Source: Bacillota bacterium
GTDB taxonomy: Bacteria > Bacillota > Clostridia > Peptostreptococcales > Anaerovoracaceae
Assembly: GCA_017432725.1 (NCBI GenBank)
Contig: JAFRIQ010000036.1
Coordinates: 761-64,760, forward strand
Reading direction: 5' to 3'
DNA: 64,000 bases
Under the pieces are notes generated by a model. That model was given only the letters and a program-made list of their open reading frames with translations, did not search any database and was not told the origin of the DNA. Below, one piece after another: positions 52,739 to 63,659 of this stretch. The stretch's first letter is position 1, and every line of letters begins with the position of its first letter. Made by a program: the position numbers and the translations under genes.

Positions 52739-55700
52739 ATGGCAAAAAAGACAAAAACCATGGATGGTAACAGCGCTGCCGCATATGTGTCATACGCATT
52801 CACAGACGTCGCTGCTATCTATCCTATCACGCCGTCTTCGCCTATGGCAGAGTCCGTAGATGAGATGGCAGCTCATGGAGAGAAAAATATCTTCGGGCAG
52901 AAGGTAAAAGTCGTGGAAATGCAGTCAGAGGCAGGCGCAGCCGGAGCCGTTCACGGATCCCTGGCAGCCGGAGCTCTCACGACTACATACACCGCATCTC
53001 AGGGTCTGCTTCTTATGATCCCGAATATGTACAAGATCGCAGGAGAACTTCTCCCTGCAGTTTTCCACGTGAGCGCAAGAACTCTCGCCACCCATGCTCT
53101 TAGTATTTTCGGAGATCATTCCGACGTCATGGCATGCAGGCAGACCGGCTTTGCTCTTCTGTGCTCCAACTCCGTACAGGAAGCTGAAGATCTGGCGGCA
53201 GTCGCACATCTTTCCGCTATAAAGGGACAGGTCCCTTTCCTTCATTTCTTCGACGGATTCAGGACTTCTCATGAGATCCAGAAGATCGAACTCATAGACT
53301 ACGACGATCTTAAAGGCCTCATCGACATGGGCATGGTAAAGAAGTTCAAGGACAACGCTCTCAATCCTGAGCATCCTGTCATCCGCGGAACCGCTCAGAA
53401 CCCGGATATATTCTTCCAGGCAAGAGAAGCTTCACAGCACTATTACAACGCTCTTCCCGAGATCGTGAGTGAATACATGAAAGAGATCGGAAAGATAACG
53501 GGAAGAAAATATAAACTGTTCGACTACGTAGGCGCAAAGGATGCCGAAAGAGTCATCATAGCCATGGGATCCGTCTGCGAAACAGCAGAAGAGCTCATCG
53601 ACGTTCTTGTCAAGAAGGGCGAAAAGGTCGGACTCGTAAAAGTCCATCTCTACAGACCCTGGGCTCCTAAGTATCTCAAAGCCGTACTTCCCAAGACGGT
53701 CAAAAAGATCGCAGTCCTCGACAGGACCAAGGAACCGGGCGCTTCCGGAGATCCTCTCTATCTCGACGTATGCTCCATGTACAACGGAGTCCAGGACGCT
53801 CCTGTCATAGTGGGCGGAAGATACGGACTCGGTTCCAAGGATACGACTCCCGGACAGATCAAGGCAGTGTTCGATAACCTCAAGAAGGCGAATCCGAAGG
53901 ATAAGTTCACCATCGGTATAGAAGACGACGTATACGGTTCTTCCCTTAAGACCGTCGACATCACCACAGAACCGGCGGGAACAGTACGCTGCAAGTTCTG
54001 GGGCTTCGGTTCCGACGGAACGGTAGGCGCCAACAAACAGGCTATCAAGATCATCGGAGACAACACCAAGCTCTATGCTCAGGGATATTTCTCCTATGAC
54101 TCCAAGAAGAGCGGCGGAGTTACCATTTCCCATCTGCGCTTCGGAAAGAACAAGATCAAATCCACTTACCTTATAACGACAGCCGACTATATCGCATGTC
54201 ACAACCAGGCGTACGTACATCAGTACAACGTCATAGACGGACTCAAGAAAGGCGGAAACTTCGTTCTCAACTGCAACTGGAACGATCAGGAACTGGAAGA
54301 TAACCTTACGGCATATCTGAAGCAGTACATCGCGAAGAACGATATCAACTTCTACACCATCGACGCCGTCGCCATCGCGAAGGAAATAGGTCTGGGCAAC
54401 CATATCAACATGATAATGCAGTCGGCGTTCTTCAAACTCGCCAACGTCATCCCCATGAAGGATGCGGTGAGATACCTGAAAGAATCCATCGAGCATACTT
54501 ACGGACGCAAGGGAAAGGATATAGTAGAGCAGAATTATCAGGCTGTTGACAGAGGTGTAACGGGACTCCACAAGGTCGCTGTACCCGCCAACTGGAAGAC
54601 GGCCGAAGACAAGAAGACAAAGGCTGCAAAGAGCCCCAAGTTCATAAATGAGATACTCGTTCCCATGAACCGCCAGGAAGGAGACAAACTCCCTGTAAGC
54701 AAATTCATAGGAATGGAAGACGGACACTTCCCAAGCGGTACAGCTGCGTATGAAAAGCGAGGCGTAGCCATAAGCGTTCCCAAGTGGGATCCGTCGAAGT
54801 GTATACAGTGCAACCAGTGCTCCTTCGTGTGCCCCCACGCCACCATCAGACCGGTGCTGCTGGATGAAAAAGAAAAGGCAGCGGCTCCTAAGGGATTCGA
54901 GACCATCAAGGCTGTCGGCAAGGATCTCGAGGGCCTGGTATACAGGATGCAGGTATCCCCGCTCGACTGTCTCGGGTGCGGTAACTGCGTAGATATCTGC
55001 CCGGCAAAGGAAAAGGCGATCACCATGGTGCCCCTGGAAGAAGCTCTTCCGGAAGCAAAGAACTGGGAATACTCCAGAAAGGTCACAGAAAAGCCTCAGG
55101 CAATAAAGGCCACAGTAAAGGAAAGCCAGTTCAGGAATCCGTACTTCGAATTCTCAGGCGCATGCGCAGGCTGCGGAGAAACTCCGTATATAAAGGTAGT
55201 GACACAGCTCTTCGGAGACAGGATGATGATAGCCAATGCAACGGGCTGCTCCTCCATCTGGGGAGGTTCCGCACCTTCTATGCCGTACACCAAAGATGCA
55301 AACGGCAGAGGACCTTCATGGGCCAATTCCCTCTTCGAAGACAATGCGGAATACGGCCTCGGTATGGCTACAGGCGTACGTCAGAGAAGAGAAGAACTCA
55401 AGGACTGCATAGAAGCTCTGTGCAAGGAAACTGACAGCAGGAAGATACGTTCTGCTGCAAAGGAATGGGTAGAAGGCATGAATGACGGCGAAGGTTCAAG
55501 AGACCGTTCAGAAACCCTCGTCAAAGCTATAGAAGAAGCCAAACTCACCGGAAAAGCAGGCAAACTTGCAAAAGCGGTTCTCGCAAAGAAGGACGACCTC
55601 GTAAAGAAATCCATCTGGTGCCTTGGCGGTGACGGATGGTCCTACGATATAGGCTTCGGCGGACTGGATCACGTGCTTGCATCAGGCGAGGATATCAACG

Positions 55701-56254
55701 TTCTGGTATTCGATACGGAAGTATATTCCAATACCGGAGGACAGGCCTCCAAGGCAACGCCGACAGCTGCTATAGCGAAATTCGCTGCATCCGGAAAGAA
55801 GATCAAGAAAAAGGATCTTGGCATGATAGCCGCAAGCTACGGATATATCTACGTAGCACAGTGCGCGATGGGCGCAGACAAGAACCAGTTCATGAAGGCT
55901 GTAAAGGAAGCCGAAAGCTATCACGGACCTTCACTCATCATCTGCTATGCTCCTTGCATCAACCACGGTATAAAGGGCGGTATGACAAGAACTCAGACGA
56001 ACGAGAAAGATGCTGTGGCATGCGGATACTGGCAGCTTTACAGGTACAATCCTCTTGCTAAGGAGGAAGGCCTCAACCCGTTCACTCTGGATTCCAAGGA
56101 TCCGACAGGAAACTTCAGAGAATATATAATGAACCAGGTTCGTTACAGCAGTCTCGTAAAGGAATTCCCGGAGACTGCCGAGGAACTTCTCTCCATGACG
56201 GAAGCCGACGCTATGAAGCGTATCGCCGGCTACAAGAAGATGGCCTCAGAATAG
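52739..56254 (+). CDS. nifJ: Pyruvate:ferredoxin (flavodoxin) oxidoreductase
   Basis: 1171-aa single-chain PFOR. The N-terminus is MDGNSAAAYVSYAFTDVAAIYPITPSS. It has two CxxCxxCxxxCP motifs and the TPP motif GGDGW.YDIG. GGAGGA RBS. Confidence 0.96.
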   Translation: MAKKTKTMDGNSAAAYVSYAFTDVAAIYPITPSSPMAESVDEMAAHGEKNIFGQKVKVVEMQSEAGAAGAVHGSLAAGALTTTYTASQGLLLMIPNMYKIAGELLPAVFHVSARTLATHALSIFGDHSDVMACRQTGFALLCSNSVQEAEDLAAVAHLSAIKGQVPFLHFFDGFRTSHEIQKIELIDYDDLKGLIDMGMVKKFKDNALNPEHPVIRGTAQNPDIFFQAREASQHYYNALPEIVSEYMKEIGKITGRKYKLFDYVGAKDAERVIIAMGSVCETAEELIDVLVKKGEKVGLVKVHLYRPWAPKYLKAVLPKTVKKIAVLDRTKEPGASGDPLYLDVCSMYNGVQDAPVIVGGRYGLGSKDTTPGQIKAVFDNLKKANPKDKFTIGIEDDVYGSSLKTVDITTEPAGTVRCKFWGFGSDGTVGANKQAIKIIGDNTKLYAQGYFSYDSKKSGGVTISHLRFGKNKIKSTYLITTADYIACHNQAYVHQYNVIDGLKKGGNFVLNCNWNDQELEDNLTAYLKQYIAKNDINFYTIDAVAIAKEIGLGNHINMIMQSAFFKLANVIPMKDAVRYLKESIEHTYGRKGKDIVEQNYQAVDRGVTGLHKVAVPANWKTAEDKKTKAAKSPKFINEILVPMNRQEGDKLPVSKFIGMEDGHFPSGTAAYEKRGVAISVPKWDPSKCIQCNQCSFVCPHATIRPVLLDEKEKAAAPKGFETIKAVGKDLEGLVYRMQVSPLDCLGCGNCVDICPAKEKAITMVPLEEALPEAKNWEYSRKVTEKPQAIKATVKESQFRNPYFEFSGACAGCGETPYIKVVTQLFGDRMMIANATGCSSIWGGSAPSMPYTKDANGRGPSWANSLFEDNAEYGLGMATGVRQRREELKDCIEALCKETDSRKIRSAAKEWVEGMNDGEGSRDRSETLVKAIEEAKLTGKAGKLAKAVLAKKDDLVKKSIWCLGGDGWSYDIGFGGLDHVLASGEDINVLVFDTEVYSNTGGQASKATPTAAIAKFAASGKKIKKKDLGMIAASYGYIYVAQCAMGADKNQFMKAVKEAESYHGPSLIICYAPCINHGIKGGMTRTQTNEKDAVACGYWQLYRYNPLAKEEGLNPFTLDSKDPTGNFREYIMNQVRYSSLVKEFPETAEELLSMTEADAMKRIAGYKKMASE

Positions 56255-56271
56255 GACATAAAAGACAAATG

Positions 56272-56305
56272 AAAAAGGGGAGCTGCGCTGCTGCTCCCCT
56301 TTTTG
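56272..56305. terminator. Bidirectional intrinsic terminator
   Basis: AAAAAGGGGAGC-(loop)-GCTCCCCTTTTT between convergent genes. Confidence 0.72.
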
Positions 56306-56315
56306 TATCTATATA

Positions 56316-56957
56316 TCATCTATCTTTTTCGGATTCATCCAGAAGCGCTATTGCTCTGGCGTATTTCGACCTGTTCTCAGCTTCAAGTCCGTATTTGTCG
56401 GCTATGGTCTGGGTAAGTTTGATCACGTCGCTAAGTTCCCCGGCATAGAGTTCTATCTCCATTTCAGAGATTGCTTCCTGCTTGTCTCCTGCTTCGACGA
56501 AACCTCTGTCTATGGCTATCTCCACCACGCTTTGCCCGTAGCGGAGTTTCGCTCTTCTCCTGTTCACTTTACTGACGAATAGGAGTTCCAGTTCTTCGTC
56601 TCCTACCAGGTCGCTCATCTTGCGTCCGTCTATGCTGTCTTCGAATATCTCAGCTGACGGTGCTATGAGGCAGCTGTCCGTTTCTATGGGGATATTTACT
56701 TCCTGGTGCTCATGAAGGCCCATCACGGTCTCGCTTCCTCCCCATTTAAGAGTGGCAAAGCATATTGAACCTTCGCAGCGTACCCTGAGGGCTATGTTGT
56801 TGTTTCTCAGTATGCGGCTCGGCGTGTCGAAATAAGCGCCTTCCATATCTACGGATTCAGCCCCTTTAGGGTCTCCGTACTTTCCGGAGAGTATTGCATC
56901 CCATATACGGTCGGCAGTATCGCTGTCTTTGATTGTATATTTCGTTTCCTGTTCCAT
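56316..56957 (-). CDS. CYTH-domain protein (triphosphate tunnel metalloenzyme-like)
   Basis: The beta-strand pattern ETKYTI.., YFDT.., LRVR.., EIE.Y is typical of CYTH. I chose the start at Met16 of the track ORF because a TTGCAA-17-TAATAT promoter (56996-56968) lies inside the extension. No SD sequence is present. Confidence 0.65.
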   Translation of the reverse strand: MEQETKYTIKDSDTADRIWDAILSGKYGDPKGAESVDMEGAYFDTPSRILRNNNIALRVRCEGSICFATLKWGGSETVMGLHEHQEVNIPIETDSCLIAPSAEIFEDSIDGRKMSDLVGDEELELLFVSKVNRRRAKLRYGQSVVEIAIDRGFVEAGDKQEAISEMEIELYAGELSDVIKLTQTIADKYGLEAENRSKYARAIALLDESEKDR

Positions 56958-57063
56958 AAGTGGAGAGATATTAACATTATTAACTAATCTTTGCAAGTGC
57001 ATTTTTCTTGTGATATAATCTTAACTTGTCCCATTATGGGATTTTATAAGGAGGAAAAGATTA

Positions 57064-58377
57064 ATGAAAACACAATTTGTCGGTAGAGAAGGTAATAACG
57101 CGAAGTTTACGATCGAGTTCACTGCAGAGGAATTCGAGGATGCTCTTCAGAAAGCATATCTCGAGGAAAGAGGCAAGATCACCGTAGACGGATTCAGAAA
57201 AGGCAAGGCTCCCCGCAGCATCATCGAAAAGAGATACGGCTCTTCGGTGTTCTTTGAAACAGCTATAAACAATATGGTAGAAGAAGCCTATCCGAAGGCT
57301 ATAGACGAGCACAAGCTGGATCCTGTGGACAGACCGTCTCTTGAATTCGGAGATGAGAAGCTCGAAAAAGGAAAGGGATTTACAGTTACCATTTCCGTGA
57401 CCGTTTCTCCGGAAGTCGAACTTAAGAAATACAAGGGCATCAAAGTTGAATTCAAGCCCCTTATGATCACCGATGAAGACGTTGATATAGAAATAGACAA
57501 CTTAAGGTCCAGGAACGCAAGGCTCGTAAGCGTTGACAGAGCAGCAGAACTTGGAGATACGGTAGTTCTCGATTACGCAGGTTTCGTAGGCGACGATCAG
57601 TTCGAAGGCGGTACAGCGGAAAAATTCTCGCTTAAGCTCGGCTCCGGAATGTTCATCCCCGGATTCGAAGAACAGCTCGTAGGTACAAAATCGGGCGAGG
57701 AGAAAGACGTCAACGTCACGTTCCCGGAAGATTATCAGGCTGAAGAACTTGCCGGCAAGGACGCCGTGTTCAAGTGCAAGGTCCATGAAGTACAGTTTGA
57801 AGAATTCCCCGAACTCGACGACGAATTCGCAAAGGACGTATCGGAATTCGATACTCTGGAAGAGCTCAGAACCGACGTCAAGGAAAAACTTCAGAAACAG
57901 ACCGATGAAAAGAACGCATACGACGGAAAGAACAAAGCATTGCTCGCTCTGTGCGATGCCAACGAGATAGATATCCCGGAAGTTATGATCGAAGATGAGA
58001 TCAATCAGATGAAGAACGATTATCTCCAGAGACTGATAAACCAGGGAGTATCAGCCGATGCGGTGAAGAAATATCTCGAGTCCGCAGACGCAACTCTCAA
58101 CGAGAACTTCAGGCCGGATGCCGAGGCAAGAGTGAAGACTACTCTGCTCGTACAGGCAGTAGCAGCCAAGGAAGGTATTGAAGCAAGCGAAGAAGATCTT
58201 GAAAAAGAATACGAGACCTATGCAGATCTTTACAAGACGGATCTCGAAAAGGTCAAGGAATCCCTCAAGGGCAGCGAAAACTACCTCAAGGAAGATATAG
58301 TCTACAGAAAGACAGTGGACTTTATCTATGACAACGCAAAAATAGTCGAACCTAAAGAAAAAAAGGCGAAAGAGTAG
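57064..58377 (+). CDS. tig: Trigger factor
   Basis: 437 aa. GFRKGKAPRSIIEKRYG is the ribosome-binding signature; a central FKBP-like domain is present. AAGGAGGA RBS. Confidence 0.95.
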   Translation: MKTQFVGREGNNAKFTIEFTAEEFEDALQKAYLEERGKITVDGFRKGKAPRSIIEKRYGSSVFFETAINNMVEEAYPKAIDEHKLDPVDRPSLEFGDEKLEKGKGFTVTISVTVSPEVELKKYKGIKVEFKPLMITDEDVDIEIDNLRSRNARLVSVDRAAELGDTVVLDYAGFVGDDQFEGGTAEKFSLKLGSGMFIPGFEEQLVGTKSGEEKDVNVTFPEDYQAEELAGKDAVFKCKVHEVQFEEFPELDDEFAKDVSEFDTLEELRTDVKEKLQKQTDEKNAYDGKNKALLALCDANEIDIPEVMIEDEINQMKNDYLQRLINQGVSADAVKKYLESADATLNENFRPDAEARVKTTLLVQAVAAKEGIEASEEDLEKEYETYADLYKTDLEKVKESLKGSENYLKEDIVYRKTVDFIYDNAKIVEPKEKKAKE

Positions 58378-58380
58378 ATC

Positions 58381-58965
58381 ATGAGCAATTTAGTACCCAT
58401 AGTCGTTGAACAGACCTCCAGAGGCGAGCGTTCATACGACATATATTCCAGGCTCCTCAAGGACAGGATCATCTTCATAGACGATGAGATTACCGATGCC
58501 ACGGCAAGTCTCGTGGTAGCTCAGCTCCTTTTCCTCGAATCCGAGGATCCTGACAAGGATATAAACCTGTATATAAACAGCCCGGGCGGAGTGATCACTG
58601 CCGGTATGGCAATTTACGATACCATGCAGTACATCAGACCTGACGTTTCCACCATCTGTGTCGGAATGGCAGCTTCCATGGCCGCATTCCTCCTTAGTGC
58701 AGGCGCAAAAGGAAAGAGATATGTCCTTCCCAACGCAGAGGTGATGATACATCAGCCTTCCGGCGGCACGCAGGGCCAGGCGGAGGATATCAAGATCGCC
58801 GCCGAGCATATCCTTAAGATACGCAAAAAAATGAACAGTATACTTGCTTCCAATACGGGACAGCCTCTGGAAAAGATAGAAGCGGATACTGACAGAGATA
58901 ATTATCTTGACGCAGCCGAGGCGGTAGCCTACGGTCTTGCCGATAAAGTAGTAGAGAAAAGATAA
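58381..58965 (+). CDS. clpP: ATP-dependent Clp protease proteolytic subunit
   Basis: [28 protein letters not shown].., [11 protein letters not shown].., MIHQP is canonical ClpP. Confidence 0.97.
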   Translation: MSNLVPIVVEQTSRGERSYDIYSRLLKDRIIFIDDEITDATASLVVAQLLFLESEDPDKDINLYINSPGGVITAGMAIYDTMQYIRPDVSTICVGMAASMAAFLLSAGAKGKRYVLPNAEVMIHQPSGGTQGQAEDIKIAAEHILKIRKKMNSILASNTGQPLEKIEADTDRDNYLDAAEAVAYGLADKVVEKR

Positions 58966-60222
58966 ATGCCTAAATACGATAGTTCAAAAGAATTGATTTG
59001 CAGTTTCTGCGGCAAACCTCAGAGCATGGTGAAAAGGCTCCTTGCAGGGCAGGGAGTATATATCTGCGATGAGTGCGTTGCAATGTGCCAGGAGATACTC
59101 GACGAAGAATTCGGAAAACTCAAAGAGGAAGCACAGGTCGATTTCAGCGGTCCTCTTCCTACGCCTTCCGAGATACACGAGGCTCTTAACGATTATGTGA
59201 TAGATCAGGACAGAGCCAAAAAGATCCTTGCCGTAGCCGTATACAATCATTACAAGAGAGTCAAGGGTTTCAGAGAGGATAAAGCATCCGAAGCTCCTGA
59301 GGAAGAATCTTTGAAGGACGTCGAGGTCCAGAAATCCAACATCATAATGATCGGACCCACAGGTTCCGGTAAGACTTTGCTTGCCCAGACTCTTGCGAAA
59401 CTTCTCGACGTTCCTTTCGCCATCGCAGACGCTACGGCGCTTACGGAAGCGGGTTACGTCGGAGAAGACGTAGAGAACATACTGCTCAAGCTCATACAGG
59501 CAGCTGACTGGGATATCGAAAAAGCCCAGAGAGGCATAGTTTACGTAGATGAGATAGACAAGCTTGCCAGAAAGACGGACAACCCCTCGATCACGAGAGA
59601 CGTTTCAGGCGAAGGCGTACAGCAAGCTCTTCTGAAGATACTCGAAGGAACAGAAGCCAACGTTCCTCCTCAGGGCGGAAGAAAGCATCCTCAGCAGGAG
59701 TTCATAAAATTCGACACCACCAACGTCCTCTTCATATGCGGAGGAGCCTTCGACGGACTGGACAAGATAATCCAGAGACGCCTCGGAGACAAGACCATAG
59801 GCTTCAACTCTGAGATAGTCTCGGTCAAAAAAGACGATCCTCACATTCTCGAGCAGGTCCAGGGAGAAGATCTTCTCCACTACGGCCTGATCCCCGAGTT
59901 CATAGGAAGAGTCCCGGTTATAGCCACGCTGGACGAACTCAGCACCGATGCTCTTATGCGCATCATAACCGAGCCCAAGAATGCACTCATTAAACAGTAC
60001 AAAAAACTCCTGTCCTATGACGGAGTGGATCTTCAGGTGGAACCCGGCGCCGTAAGGGCGATAGCCGAGAAAGCTGCCGCCAAGAAGATCGGGGCAAGAG
60101 GATTAAGGTCCATAATCGAAGAAGTTATGACGGACGTCATGTATGAAGTCCCGTCAAAGAAAAATGTAAAAAGGGTCGTCGTTACCAAGGAAGACATAGA
60201 AAAAGGAAAGATTGCGATATGA
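58966..60222 (+). CDS. clpX: ATP-dependent Clp protease ATP-binding subunit ClpX
   Basis: N-terminal Zn finger CSFCGK..CDEC, Walker [18 protein letters not shown]. Confidence 0.97.
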   Translation: MPKYDSSKELICSFCGKPQSMVKRLLAGQGVYICDECVAMCQEILDEEFGKLKEEAQVDFSGPLPTPSEIHEALNDYVIDQDRAKKILAVAVYNHYKRVKGFREDKASEAPEEESLKDVEVQKSNIIMIGPTGSGKTLLAQTLAKLLDVPFAIADATALTEAGYVGEDVENILLKLIQAADWDIEKAQRGIVYVDEIDKLARKTDNPSITRDVSGEGVQQALLKILEGTEANVPPQGGRKHPQQEFIKFDTTNVLFICGGAFDGLDKIIQRRLGDKTIGFNSEIVSVKKDDPHILEQVQGEDLLHYGLIPEFIGRVPVIATLDELSTDALMRIITEPKNALIKQYKKLLSYDGVDLQVEPGAVRAIAEKAAAKKIGARGLRSIIEEVMTDVMYEVPSKKNVKRVVVTKEDIEKGKIAI

Positions 60223-62525
60223 GCGAACTTATGCCCATGATTGCCCTTAGGGGAGTCAACGTATATCCGAATATGGTGATACATTTCGATCTGGGAAGAG
60301 AGAAATCCATCATTGCTCTGGAAAGAGCCATGATGATGAACCAGACCGTGTTTTTGAGTGCCCAGAAGGATATCAATACCGATCTTCCCACGTCCAAGGA
60401 CGTTTATCCCATTGGAACTGTAGCTAAGATAAAGCAGATGCTCAAGCTTCCGGGAGACAGCGTCAGAGTACTGGTGGACGGTCAGTACAGAGCCAGGATA
60501 GACGAAGTCAGCCAGGAAGTGCCGTATTTCCTCGTGTCGGTTTCCGAAATAGAGGAAGACGATCCCGAGAACCCGGGCGCCGACGTCATCGCGCTCATGA
60601 GGACCGCGCTGGATCTTTACTATGAATATGCTGAAAAGCATCCGAAACACGGCGGAGACAATACCGTTCCCATCGACACCATAAAGCAGGGCGGAAGACT
60701 GGCGGATACCATAGCCTCTCTCATGCAGCTTTCAGGGGAAGATGCCCAGAAGGTACTGTCTACCATAGATATAAAGAAAAGACTCAAACTCGTAATAGAG
60801 ATACTGAGAAGAGAGAACGAGATCCTCAAAATCGAAGATAAGATCCACTCCAAGGTCCGCAGTTCGATGAACAAGAACCAGAGAGAGTATTATCTCAGGG
60901 AAAGGATAAGAGCCATCCAGGAAGAACTGGGCGACGGAGAAAGTACAGAAGACGAAGCGGAAGAGATGAGAAAAAAGCTCTACGATCTTGCGCTTTCTGA
61001 AGAAGTCACGAAGAAGATCGAAAAGGAGATAGATAAGTTCTCCAAGATGCCTTCCAATTCGCCTGACGTTTCAGTGTACAGGAACTATATAGAAAGCGTC
61101 CTCACACTTCCGTGGAATGATTCCGCCAACGAAGAGCTTGATCTTCTCGCTGCGGAAAAAATACTCGATGAAGATCACTACGGAATGGAAAAGGTCAAGG
61201 ACCGTATAGTCGAGTTCCTTGCGGTACGCCATCTTTCCGAAGACAACAAGGCTCCCATACTCTGCCTTGTGGGTCCTCCGGGAGTAGGAAAAACTTCCAT
61301 AGCAAAGTCTGTGGCAAGAGCTACGGGCAGGAAGTTCGTCCACATGTCTCTCGGCGGGGTCAGGGACGAAGCTGAGATAAGGGGCCACAGAAGGACCTAC
61401 GTAGGCGCGATCCCCGGCAGGGTCATGACACTCATCAAGGAATGCGGAAACAACAATCCCGTCTTCCTCTTCGATGAAGTCGACAAGATAGGCATGGATT
61501 TCAGAGGAGATCCTGCATCGGCTCTTTTAGAGGTCCTGGATCCTGAACAGAACAAGGAATTCGTCGATCATTATCTGGAAGTTCCTTTCGATCTGTCAAA
61601 AGTCCTTTTCATAACCACAGCCAACGATACGGATACTATACCCAGGCCACTCCTCGACAGGATGGAGGTCCTGGACCTTTCAGGATATACACTCGAAGAG
61701 AAAACGCAGATAGCGCTCAAGTATCTCGTGCCCAAGCAGATGAAGGCCAACGGTATAAGCTCGAAGCAGATCAGCATCAGCAAGACTGCGATCACTGCCA
61801 TCATCAACAACTACACGAGAGAATCCGGTGTCAGGAGCCTCGAAAAGAATATAGGTACCCTTTGCCGCAAGGTGGCAAGGAAAGTGGTCGAAGGAGACGA
61901 CAGCAAACACAGCATCACGGGTAAGAATATAGAAGATTACCTCGGAAAGAAGAAGGTCTTCTATGACAAGATACTCGGCAAGAACGAGGTAGGCGTTGCC
62001 ACAGGTCTTGCATGGACCGTAGTCGGAGGAGAAACGCTGTTCATAGAAACGGCAGTTCTTCCCGGACAGGGGCATATACTTCTCACGGGTCAGCTTGGCG
62101 ACGTTATGCAGGAATCGGCTAAAGCCGCCATCAGTTATATCAGAGCCCATCAGAAGAAACTGGGCGTAGACCCCGACTTCTATAAAGATAAGGATATACA
62201 TATCCATATTCCCGAAGGCGCCGTTCCCAAAGACGGCCCGAGCGCCGGAGTGACCATGTGCACTTCCGTGGTGTCCGCTCTTACGGGAAGACCCGTAAGA
62301 AAAGACGTCGCCATGACGGGTGAGATCACCTTAAGAGGAAAGGTGCTCGCCATAGGCGGATTCAAAGAAAAGGCTCTTGCAGCACACAGGATGGGCATCA
62401 AGAAAGTGCTTCTTCCCGCGGATAACAAGAGGGATATAGACGATCTTCCGGAAAGCGTAAGAAACGATATGCAGTTCGTACTGCTCAATACCATAGACGA
62501 TGCGCTGAAAGAGGCATTGGTATGA
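60219..62525 (+). CDS. lon: Lon protease (LonA)
   Basis: LON N-domain, AAA+ module (GPPGVGKTS) and protease domain with DGPSAG (catalytic Ser). It overlaps the clpX stop (ATGA). Confidence 0.95.
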   Translation: MSELMPMIALRGVNVYPNMVIHFDLGREKSIIALERAMMMNQTVFLSAQKDINTDLPTSKDVYPIGTVAKIKQMLKLPGDSVRVLVDGQYRARIDEVSQEVPYFLVSVSEIEEDDPENPGADVIALMRTALDLYYEYAEKHPKHGGDNTVPIDTIKQGGRLADTIASLMQLSGEDAQKVLSTIDIKKRLKLVIEILRRENEILKIEDKIHSKVRSSMNKNQREYYLRERIRAIQEELGDGESTEDEAEEMRKKLYDLALSEEVTKKIEKEIDKFSKMPSNSPDVSVYRNYIESVLTLPWNDSANEELDLLAAEKILDEDHYGMEKVKDRIVEFLAVRHLSEDNKAPILCLVGPPGVGKTSIAKSVARATGRKFVHMSLGGVRDEAEIRGHRRTYVGAIPGRVMTLIKECGNNNPVFLFDEVDKIGMDFRGDPASALLEVLDPEQNKEFVDHYLEVPFDLSKVLFITTANDTDTIPRPLLDRMEVLDLSGYTLEEKTQIALKYLVPKQMKANGISSKQISISKTAITAIINNYTRESGVRSLEKNIGTLCRKVARKVVEGDDSKHSITGKNIEDYLGKKKVFYDKILGKNEVGVATGLAWTVVGGETLFIETAVLPGQGHILLTGQLGDVMQESAKAAISYIRAHQKKLGVDPDFYKDKDIHIHIPEGAVPKDGPSAGVTMCTSVVSALTGRPVRKDVAMTGEITLRGKVLAIGGFKEKALAAHRMGIKKVLLPADNKRDIDDLPESVRNDMQFVLLNTIDDALKEALV

Positions 62526-63136
62526 TCATAAAATCAGCGGAGTTCCTTACCTCTGCGGTCAAGCCGTCGCAGTATCCGGAAGAAGGTCTTCCGGAGATAG
62601 CGTTCGCGGGGAGATCCAATGTGGGGAAGTCTTCCCTGATCAACCTTTTGCTCGGAAGAAAATCTCTCGCCAAGGTTAGTTCTTCCCCCGGAAAGACCAG
62701 GACTATCAATTTCTTCCTCATAAACAACGGGGAATTCAGACTTGTGGATCTGCCCGGATACGGATACGCAAAGGTATCTAAGTCGGTAAGTGAAGACTGG
62801 GGAAAAATGATGGAAACTTTCCTGACAAAAAGGAAAGGACTCATTAAGGTCATACAGCTTGTGGATGCAAGGCATGAGCCAAGCGCTCAGGACAGACAGA
62901 TGTACGACTTCCTTCAGTATTACGGTCTGGACGGATTGGTGGTAGCCACCAAGGCGGATAAACTTTCCAAAAACGAGCTCAGCCGCAATCTGGCAGCGAT
63001 AAGGAAGAGCCTGGATATGGAGAAGGACGATATACTCATCGCTACATCGTCTCTAAGCAAGACCGGGATACAGGAATTGCTTGATAATATAGAGAAAATA
63101 CTCGAAGGATATCAGGAGAATCTAGAAAATGACTGA
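62522..63136 (+). CDS. engB: Ribosome-biogenesis GTPase YsxC/EngB
   Basis: EIAFAGRSNVGKSSLIN..SSSPGKT..DLPGYGYA is the EngB signature. Confidence 0.9.
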   Translation: MIIKSAEFLTSAVKPSQYPEEGLPEIAFAGRSNVGKSSLINLLLGRKSLAKVSSSPGKTRTINFFLINNGEFRLVDLPGYGYAKVSKSVSEDWGKMMETFLTKRKGLIKVIQLVDARHEPSAQDRQMYDFLQYYGLDGLVVATKADKLSKNELSRNLAAIRKSLDMEKDDILIATSSLSKTGIQELLDNIEKILEGYQENLEND

Positions 63137-63644
63137 AGAAGTATTGATCACAGAAGAGCAGATAAGAAAAAGAGTCGATGAACTCGGTGCTCAGATCACA
63201 AAGGATTACGAAGGTAAGAGTTTACTTCTAATAGGTATACTCAAAGGATCCGTTCCTTTCATGGCAGACCTTATGAGAAGGATAGATACAGACGTCGAGA
63301 TAGACTTTATGTCCGTATCGTCTTACGGAAGCACTACTACGAGCAGCGGAGTCGTTAGGATACTCAAAGATCTTGATCACAGCATAGAAGGAAAGAACGT
63401 GCTTATCGTGGAAGACATAGTTGATTCAGGCCTTACGCTTTCCTATCTCAAGGAGCATCTGCTCAGAAGAAAACCGGCTTCTCTCAAGGTCTGTACCTTC
63501 CTTGACAAACCATCAAGAAGGAAGGTGGATTTCACTCCCGACTACTGCGGTTTCGAAGTAGAAGACAAGTTTATAGTTGGCTACGGTCTCGATTTCGATC
63601 AGAAGTACCGTCAGCTTCCATATATATCATGGATAAAAGAATAA
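63129..63644 (+). CDS. hpt: Hypoxanthine phosphoribosyltransferase
   Basis: GILKGSVPFMADL.. and VLIVEDIVDSGLTL (PRPP-binding motif), ..VGYGLD. Confidence 0.92.
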   Translation: MTEEVLITEEQIRKRVDELGAQITKDYEGKSLLLIGILKGSVPFMADLMRRIDTDVEIDFMSVSSYGSTTTSSGVVRILKDLDHSIEGKNVLIVEDIVDSGLTLSYLKEHLLRRKPASLKVCTFLDKPSRRKVDFTPDYCGFEVEDKFIVGYGLDFDQKYRQLPYISWIKE

Positions 63645-63659
63645 GGAGGATTTAAAAAA

